A stretch of 8,400 nt of DNA, from the IMG/VR virus record IMGVR_UViG_2617270946_000019, one strand, 5' to 3'. Below the pieces are notes generated by a model, which was not told the DNA's origin, searched no databases, and worked only from the letters and a program-made list of their open reading frames with translations. This document shows, in pieces, positions 1-4,507 of the stretch. A program made the translations under genes and the position numbers. Numbering within the stretch: position 1 is the first letter of the stretch; the number at the start of each line of letters is the position of its first letter. This DNA is from a virus (Duplodnaviria > Heunggongvirae > Uroviricota > Caudoviricetes).

Positions 1-1230
1 CGTGAAATATACCGCCTGGAGCCTGAAGAAAGCTGTTGCCCGGAGTGTGGCGGTGAGCTGGATTATCTGGGGGAAGTCAGCGCAGAACAACTGGAACTGG
101 TGAGCAGCGCCCTGAAAGTGATCCGCACAGAACGGGTAAAAAAAGCCTGTACAAAATGTGACTGCATCGTTGAAGCACCGGCGCCGTCCCGCCCGATAGA
201 GCGTGGTATCGCGGGCCCCGGATTACTTGCCCGCGTGTTAACGGGAAAATACTGCGAACACCTGCCACTGTATCGTCAGAGTGAAATCTTTGCCCGACAG
301 GGTGTCGAACTGAGCCGTGCATTACTCTCCAACTGGGTTGACGCGTGCTGCCAGTTAATGACGCCGCTGAATGATGCCCTGTACCGTTATGTGATGAATA
401 CCCGCAAGCTTCACACTGACGACACACCGGTAAAGGTACTGGCACCGGGCCTGAAAAAGACGAAAACAGGGCGCATCTGGACGTATGTCCGGGATGATCG
501 CAATGCGGGTTCGTCATCTCCTCCGGCGGTCTGGTTCGCGTACTCATCGAACCGGCAGGGGAAACACCCGGAGCAACACCTCCGCCCCTTCCGGGGTATC
601 CTGCAGGCGGATGCGTTCACAGGTTATGACAGGCTGTTCAGTGCAGAACGTGAAGGTAGTGCGCTGACAGAAGTTGCGTGCTGGGCTCATGCCCGGAGAA
701 AAATCCACGATGTATACATCAGCAGCAAAAGTGCGACGGCAGAAGAAGCCCTGAAGCGAATCAGTGAACTGTACGCCATCGAGGATGAAATACGGGGATT
801 ACCAGAGTCAGAGCGTCTTGCAGCCAGGCAGCAGCGAAGCAAAGCGTTACTGACGTCGCTGCATGAATGGATGGTGGAGAAGAATGGCACGCTGTCGAAA
901 AAATCCAGACTGGGCGAAGCGTTCAGCTATGTACTGAATCAGTGGGACGCCCTCTGTTATTACAGTGATGACGGTCTGGCGGAGGTGGACAATAACACAG
1001 CGGAAAGAGCGCTTCGTGCAGTCTGTCTCGGAAAGAAAAATTACGTGTTCTTCGGTAGCGATCACGGCGGCGAGCGTGGAGCACTGCTGTACGGGCTGAT
1101 CGGCACCTGCCGTCTGAACGGTATCGATCCGGAAGCGTATCTGCGCCATATTCTGAGCGTACTGCCGGAATGGCCCTCCAACCGTGTTGACGAACTCCTG
1201 CCATGGAACGTAGTACTCACCAATAAATAA
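1..1230 (+). CDS. tnpC: IS66-family transposase (TnpC-type), 3' portion; 5' end lies upstream of the window
   Basis: The frame is open from base 1 (REIYRLEPEESCCPECGGEL...), so the GTG at 100 is not the true start. Translation shows a CPECGG zinc-finger-like motif and a long transposase body typical of IS66/ISEc8-type TnpC; stop TAA at 1228-1230. Assignment is by eye from the translation. Confidence 0.88.
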   Translation, partial: REIYRLEPEESCCPECGGELDYLGEVSAEQLELVSSALKVIRTERVKKACTKCDCIVEAPAPSRPIERGIAGPGLLARVLTGKYCEHLPLYRQSEIFARQGVELSRALLSNWVDACCQLMTPLNDALYRYVMNTRKLHTDDTPVKVLAPGLKKTKTGRIWTYVRDDRNAGSSSPPAVWFAYSSNRQGKHPEQHLRPFRGILQADAFTGYDRLFSAEREGSALTEVACWAHARRKIHDVYISSKSATAEEALKRISELYAIEDEIRGLPESERLAARQQRSKALLTSLHEWMVEKNGTLSKKSRLGEAFSYVLNQWDALCYYSDDGLAEVDNNTAERALRAVCLGKKNYVFFGSDHGGERGALLYGLIGTCRLNGIDPEAYLRHILSVLPEWPSNRVDELLPWNVVLTNK

Positions 1231-1260
1231 GCGTCAATACGGTGCTCCGTTGACACTTAC
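1231..1260. mobile_element. IS66-family right terminal inverted repeat / element boundary
   Basis: Immediately after the tnpC stop; the reverse complement of 1241-1260 reads GTAAGTGTCAACGG..., resembling the GTAAGCG-type termini of IS66-family elements. Internal hairpin GTCAA-N12-TTGAC. The adjacent minus-strand gene stops making sense exactly at 1260/1261. Confidence 0.6.
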
Positions 1261-1435
1261 AAATTTTCTGGGTATTACGAGACAGGGCTTCCGGATGGCT
1301 GTCGTCATACAGTTCAGGAAACGTCATACCCAACTCAAAATAAGCCTGGGTTATTCCAGCTACTGGAACTTTTTCGCCATCAGGACGCGCCCAGGCATTC
1401 ATCGCCATGCGGATGTGTTCATGCTTGATTTTCAT
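1261..1435 (-). pseudogene. ydaT-like (CII-position) gene, 5' fragment of 58 codons, interrupted by the IS66 insertion
   Basis: Minus-strand ORF starting at ATG 1435 (MKIKHEHIRMAMNAWARPDGEKVPVAGITQAYFELG...) overlaps the 3' end of the upstream Cro-like gene by 17 nt. Beyond position 1261 the reading frame runs into IS-derived sequence. Position downstream of the Cro-like gene matches ydaS-ydaT arrangements; homology to YdaT is from memory only. Confidence 0.45.
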
Positions 1436-1691
1436 GAATCAACTCCGGTGCATTTGATGTGTTAACCTTGAATCCAACAGGTAAACCGTCGGTTGGGTTA
1501 GGATAAATATCAGGGCGAATTTCATGCGGGGTAACTTCCCACTTCATTAGCTGACATAACGGAATTACCTGCTTTGGGGGAACGTCAAAGCTAAACCATT
1601 GCCAAACTGTCTGTTGAGCGACCCCCATATAACGACCTATTTCAGCTTGAGTGTATTTCTGCCTAATTTTTTCGCGAGTGCTATCTAGCAT
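1419..1691 (-). CDS. Cro/YdaS-like HTH DNA-binding protein
   Basis: 90 aa; HTH-like segment QAEIGRYMGVAQQTVWQW and a conserved VTPHEIRPDIYPNPTDGLP motif typical of YdaS/Cro-like prophage regulators. Good RBS (AGGAGAG) 5-8 nt upstream of ATG 1691 on the minus strand. Divergent from the repressor gene. Confidence 0.75.
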   Translation of the reverse strand: MLDSTREKIRQKYTQAEIGRYMGVAQQTVWQWFSFDVPPKQVIPLCQLMKWEVTPHEIRPDIYPNPTDGLPVGFKVNTSNAPELIHENQA

Positions 1692-1725
1692 TTTGCTCTC
1701 CTCTAAAAAACTATAAGCAAAGCCT

Positions 1726-1764
1726 ACAATAAAAAACTGTACACAATCAACAGTTTTTTATTGT
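1726..1764. promoter_or_regulatory. Operator palindrome (OR-like): ACAATAAAAAACTGT-N9-ACAGTTTTTTATTGT
   Basis: Perfect 15-bp inverted arms with a 9-bp spacer, in the divergent intergenic region between the Cro-like and CI-like genes. A weaker palindromic copy lies at about 1771-1792 and a half-site-like AAAAAACTAT at about 1705-1714. Confidence 0.7.
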
Positions 1765-1800
1765 GATGCTTTTAACAGTATTTACCTGTAAAATTGAATA

Positions 1801-2202
1801 ATGATGAACGCCCTAGAAGTATCTATGTACAGAATCAGCAAGCTTCTTCAGGAAACTGGATGGAGCCAGGCTGAGCTTGCCCGTAGAATTGGTGTGACAC
1901 AACAAACTGTTCAACAATGGGTCAGCGGTAAGGCTACACCTAAAGCCTCAAGTTTGGATAAACTGGTTGAGGTTACAGGGCATCCATTGCATTGGTTTTT
2001 ATTGCCTCCTGAAGAGGGGGAGCAAATTTTCACCCCTGACACGATGAAAATTGGTCCTCGTCAACGCGAACTGCTCCAGGCTTTTAGTGCGTTTCCAGAG
2101 GAAGACCAAGAAAAAATGCTTCAAGAAATCAAAGACAAGAAAAAATCAATGGAAGAAACCATTGCCCGGTGGTTGGCGGCACAAAAAAGCCGCCGGGCGT
2201 GA
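1801..2202 (+). CDS. CI/DicA/PaaR-like HTH repressor (XRE family)
   Basis: 133 aa; N-terminal HTH (SQAELARRIGVTQQTVQQWVSG) and a C-terminal helical region resembling DicA/PaaR-type repressors. Tandem ATG ATG at 1801/1804 with essentially no Shine-Dalgarno. Divergent from the Cro-like gene. Confidence 0.8.
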   Translation: MMNALEVSMYRISKLLQETGWSQAELARRIGVTQQTVQQWVSGKATPKASSLDKLVEVTGHPLHWFLLPPEEGEQIFTPDTMKIGPRQRELLQAFSAFPEEDQEKMLQEIKDKKKSMEETIARWLAAQKSRRA

Positions 2203-2229
2203 CCACAGTACAAGAAGAGGAGTTATGCC

Positions 2230-2421
2230 ATGAGTACAGCCCTTTCTCCGATAGTTTCAGAATTCGAAACTACCGAACAAGAAAACAGTTACAACGAATG
2301 GTTACGCGCTAAAGTGGCGTCAAGCCTTGCTGACCCTCGTCCCTCAATTCCACATGATGAGGTAATGGCTGAAATGGAGAATCTTATTGCTCAAATTGCT
2401 GTAACTAACAGGAGCGAGTAA
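2230..2421 (+). CDS. PaaA-like antitoxin (partner of ParE-family toxin)
   Basis: 63 aa; RBS GAGGAG upstream; sequence ...SEFETTEQENSYNEWLRAKVASSLADPRPSIPHDEV... resembles PaaA2-type antitoxins as I recall them. Stop TAA overlaps the ATG of the next gene (TAATG). Confidence 0.7.
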   Translation: MSTALSPIVSEFETTEQENSYNEWLRAKVASSLADPRPSIPHDEVMAEMENLIAQIAVTNRSE

Positions 2422-2708
2422 TGTTACCCATTTTGTGGCTACCATCTGCTCGCGATGATTTGCGTCAGATCGTAGCCTATATTGCTAAGGAAAATATTCC
2501 TGCAGCACGCAGACTAAAAATACGGATTGAAACGTCTGTTTTAGCTCTCTCTGAGCATCCATATCTATATCCGCCAAGTGATCGAGTATCCGGTTTGCGG
2601 GAAATTGTGGTTCACCCTAATTATATCGTTTTGTACCGAGTAGCAGCTTCAAGCATTGAAATTGCAAATATTGTGCATGCCCGCCGACAATTTCCCTTCC
2701 CTATCTGA
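2421..2708 (+). CDS. parE: ParE/RelE-superfamily toxin (ParE-type)
   Basis: 95 aa; ParE-like pattern (W..A..DL..I..YIA..N..AA, REIVV..YIVLYRV, I.NIVHARR). Translationally coupled to the upstream antitoxin. Confidence 0.8.
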   Translation: MLPILWLPSARDDLRQIVAYIAKENIPAARRLKIRIETSVLALSEHPYLYPPSDRVSGLREIVVHPNYIVLYRVAASSIEIANIVHARRQFPFPI

Positions 2709-2725
2709 ACTGAACAATTTTCACA

Positions 2726-2750
2726 CTCCCTCATTCGAGGGAGTTTTTTT
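2726..2750 (+). terminator. Rho-independent terminator after parE
   Basis: Stem CTCCCTC / GAGGGAG with a 4-nt loop (ATTC), followed by TTTTTTT. Confidence 0.75.
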
Positions 2751-2760
2751 GCCCAATACA

Positions 2761-2804
2761 ACAATTAAAAACTGTTGACACAAAACAGTTTTTAATTGTA
2801 GATT
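2761..2804 (+). promoter_or_regulatory. Second operator palindrome (OL-like) overlapping a pL-like promoter
   Basis: ACAATTAAAAACTGT-N9-ACAGTTTTTAATTGT (2761-2799), differing by one base per arm from the palindrome at 1726-1764. Consensus -35 TTGACA at 2775-2780 and candidate -10 TAGATT at 2799-2804 (18-bp spacer), oriented toward the downstream plus-strand genes. Confidence 0.65.
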
Positions 2805-2980
2805 ATTTCCACTACCCCACCCCGCCCCACAGAACGCAGGGAAATACTTCGAGTTACCCGGCAGTGGTCAGGGGTTAAGTAGCCAGCCCGAGGCGTAAGA
2901 ACATGACGGCAGGGTTCAACTTTAACTATGCAGCAGGTTTTTGTTCCGCTACCCCGGCGTTAAGGGGAAATGAGGTCAGC

Positions 2981-3133
2981 ATGGATACTATCGATCTTGG
3001 CAACAACGAATCTCTGGTATGTGGTGTGTTCCCCAACCAGGACGGTACGTTCACCGCGATGACGTATACCAGAAGCAAAACGTTTAAAACTGAAGCTGGC
3101 GAGCGTCGCTGGTTAACCAGAAACACTGACTGA
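2981..3133 (+). CDS. YdfA/YdaF-like small prophage protein (DUF1391-type)
   Basis: 50 aa (MDTIDLGNNESLVCGVFPNQDGTFTAMTYT...) with RBS GGGGAAATGAGG before ATG 2981. The upstream ATG at 2903 lacks a convincing RBS. Family assignment from memory of the Qin/Rac small proteins. Confidence 0.6.
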   Translation: MDTIDLGNNESLVCGVFPNQDGTFTAMTYTRSKTFKTEAGERRWLTRNTD

Positions 3134-3144
3134 TGAGGTTGACG

Positions 3145-3519
3145 ATGGAATTTAAAGATTTACCAGTACCATTCCAGGAAATGGCATCGAATGTGGTTCG
3201 CTCTCAACTGGCGACTCTTGACCTGAGTACTGTAGAAAAAGAAACCATCGATACTATATCCGGTAACGTGCGTCGTGCCTTTATCGGTCTGTGCGAAGAG
3301 AAGCAGCTCTCTGATAACCAGGATTTACATGAAAAATACTTCCTGGAATTAATGGACATCATTAATAAAGGATTTGGCTTGTTAATGAAAAAGAAAGGGA
3401 TTCGAATAGCTCCCCTTGAAAATCATTTTACAGCAAGCAGTATTAATTCCTGTGATTTAAAGCATCACACATCCGATGGGAAAGTTGAATCAAACAACAA
3501 AATATCAATTAATCATTAA
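3145..3519 (+). CDS. Hypothetical prophage protein (ydfB/ydfC position)
   Basis: 124 aa from ATG 3145 (RBS GAGG 7 nt upstream); alternative start ATG 3133 overlaps the previous stop (TGATG). The C-terminal third is markedly AT-rich. No recognisable motif. Confidence 0.5.
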   Translation: MEFKDLPVPFQEMASNVVRSQLATLDLSTVEKETIDTISGNVRRAFIGLCEEKQLSDNQDLHEKYFLELMDIINKGFGLLMKKKGIRIAPLENHFTASSINSCDLKHHTSDGKVESNNKISINH

Positions 3520-3807
3520 TTTATTCACAGGTGAGGTAGAGTGCGTGCGCCGGACACGGATAAGAATCCGGCACTGACAGTTTACTGAAAAGGATATATC
3601 CCTGAAAAGTCAGGGCATAACGCGAAAGCGCACGGCGAAGTTCGTCTCTCTGTAGGTAGTCGTTAAATTTAATTCGACCGTGCGCTTCCGGTTGTGGCAA
3701 TCCGCGAAATGGCGCGGCGGTAAGTATGGCGGGGTTATTCCTTCCCCGCTGAGGACACCGGGTTGTCAGGTTGACCATACGCTTAAGTGACAACCCCGCT
3801 GCAACGC

Positions 3808-3860
3808 CCTCTGTTATCACTTTTCTGGTGATTCGGCGGAAACGGATATCCGCCCTTTTT
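3808..3860 (+). ncRNA. dicF: DicF-like small RNA with intrinsic terminator
   Basis: Sequence UUUCUGGUGA...GGCGG-loop-CCGCCCUUUUU (3822-3860) matches the 5' start and 3' terminator of E. coli DicF as I recall it, but with a shorter internal segment. Terminator hairpin 3835-3854 plus T-run 3856-3860. Sits directly upstream of a dicB-like gene, as in the dicB operon. The 5' end is uncertain because DicF is produced by processing. Confidence 0.6.
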
Positions 3861-3864
3861 AAAG

Positions 3865-4021
3865 TGAATTTTGTGATGCGGTGAATGCGGCTATGCGCAC
3901 GCGGAACAGTTAAAGCAGTAAGGCGGTATTTTACGGGCGTAACGAGCATCAACTAATCCGGCGTTAATTGTTAACTGGTTAACGTCACCTGGAGGCACCA
4001 GGCACTGCATCACAAAATTCA
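3865..4021. repeat. Long-range inverted repeat (15-bp perfect arms: 3865-3879 and 4007-4021) enclosing 127 bp
   Basis: TGAATTTTGTGATGC at 3865-3879 is exactly the reverse complement of 4007-4021. In RNA the pairing extends to about 21 bp (3863-3883 with 4003-4023) allowing G-U pairs. Lies between the dicF terminator and the dicB RBS. Confidence 0.7.
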
Positions 4022-4038
4022 TTGTTGAGGACGCGATA

Positions 4039-4227
4039 ATGGAAACGTTATTACCAAACGTTAATACGTCTGAAGGTTGTTTTGATATTGGTGTTCTGCT
4101 CAGTAACCGGGAGTTTACTGAAGATGCCATTAATATGAGGAAATATGAGCCTTATCTGCTCAATGATAATTCCATACTTTCCCGAATTGCTCTTCTTGAA
4201 CTTGGTATTTTCGGAGAACGTCAATGA
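4039..4227 (+). CDS. dicB: DicB-like cell-division inhibitor
   Basis: 62 aa; N-terminus METLLPNVNTSEGCFDIGV... closely resembles DicB (MKTLLPNVNTSEGCF...) as I recall it. RBS GAGGA 5-9 nt upstream. Position downstream of the dicF-like RNA. Confidence 0.7.
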   Translation: METLLPNVNTSEGCFDIGVLLSNREFTEDAINMRKYEPYLLNDNSILSRIALLELGIFGERQ

Positions 4228-4412
4228 CTTCAGCATTTGCACTGATGATGACGGTTTTTCTTATAACGGGTGAATCACAGAATGTGATTACCGGAATTTA
4301 TGCAAGTAAAGAATCCTGCCTCCAGGCAAGAGACGAGCAAAAAATTTCTGGTGAATGCCTCCCGCTAAAAAAAGTATCGCTGTACCTGAATAACGAAACA
4401 CCGGCTGGATAA
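4224..4412 (+). CDS. YdfD-like small membrane/lysis-type protein
   Basis: 62 aa; ATGA start/stop overlap with dicB-like; RBS GGAG 7 nt upstream; N-terminal hydrophobic segment (AFALMMTVFLITG). Position and size match ydfD downstream of dicB. Confidence 0.55.
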   Translation: MTSAFALMMTVFLITGESQNVITGIYASKESCLQARDEQKISGECLPLKKVSLYLNNETPAG

Positions 4413-4507
4413 CCCTCCAGCCATATTAACACCATACCAACGGATTAAAAATGCCAGCAATGGCAGGGATTCGTTCACCCTGAAATCTGTAATGAGGTTA
4501 AAACAAA

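Noticed and set aside
77-1256. Several minus-strand and alternate-frame ORFs inside the transposase gene (77..547, 411..620, 687..890, 847..1149, 923..1204, 1062..1256 on the minus strand; 485..667 on the plus strand)
   Set aside because: They lie entirely within the strongly supported IS66-family transposase frame, have Arg/Cys/Ser-rich low-complexity translations and no RBS. They are typical shadow ORFs.
2051-2233. 60-aa Lys/Arg-rich ORF in an alternate frame at the repressor 3' end
   Set aside because: It overlaps the well-supported repressor frame, has no RBS and has a low-complexity basic translation.
2903-2980. Upstream ATG 2903 as the start of the ydfA-like gene (76-aa version)
   Set aside because: There is no Shine-Dalgarno before 2903, whereas ATG 2981 has a strong RBS and gives the roughly 50-aa size typical for this family.
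3600-3615. Hairpin CCCTGA-AAAG-TCAGGG resembling a lambda nut boxB element
   Set aside because: No N-like antiterminator gene and no boxA are evident, and the hairpin is far (about 800 nt) from the pL-like promoter. It is kept only as one of the leader hairpins, not as a nut site.
3521-3952. 143-aa Arg-rich minus-strand ORF
   Set aside because: It spans the structured non-coding region and the dicF-like RNA on the opposite strand, its composition is atypical for a protein, and it has no RBS. It is most likely an open frame by chance.
3885-3956. Possible 23-codon small ORF inside the long-range inverted repeat
   Set aside because: The GGTGA is immediately adjacent to the ATG (spacing too short) and there is no conservation evidence. 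More likely part of the structured RNA.
4403-4422. Hairpin GGCTGGA-TAACCC-TCCAGCC at the ydfD-like stop as a terminator
   Set aside because: No U-run follows and the next gene starts 90 nt downstream with its own RBS. It may affect mRNA stability but is not a convincing intrinsic terminator.
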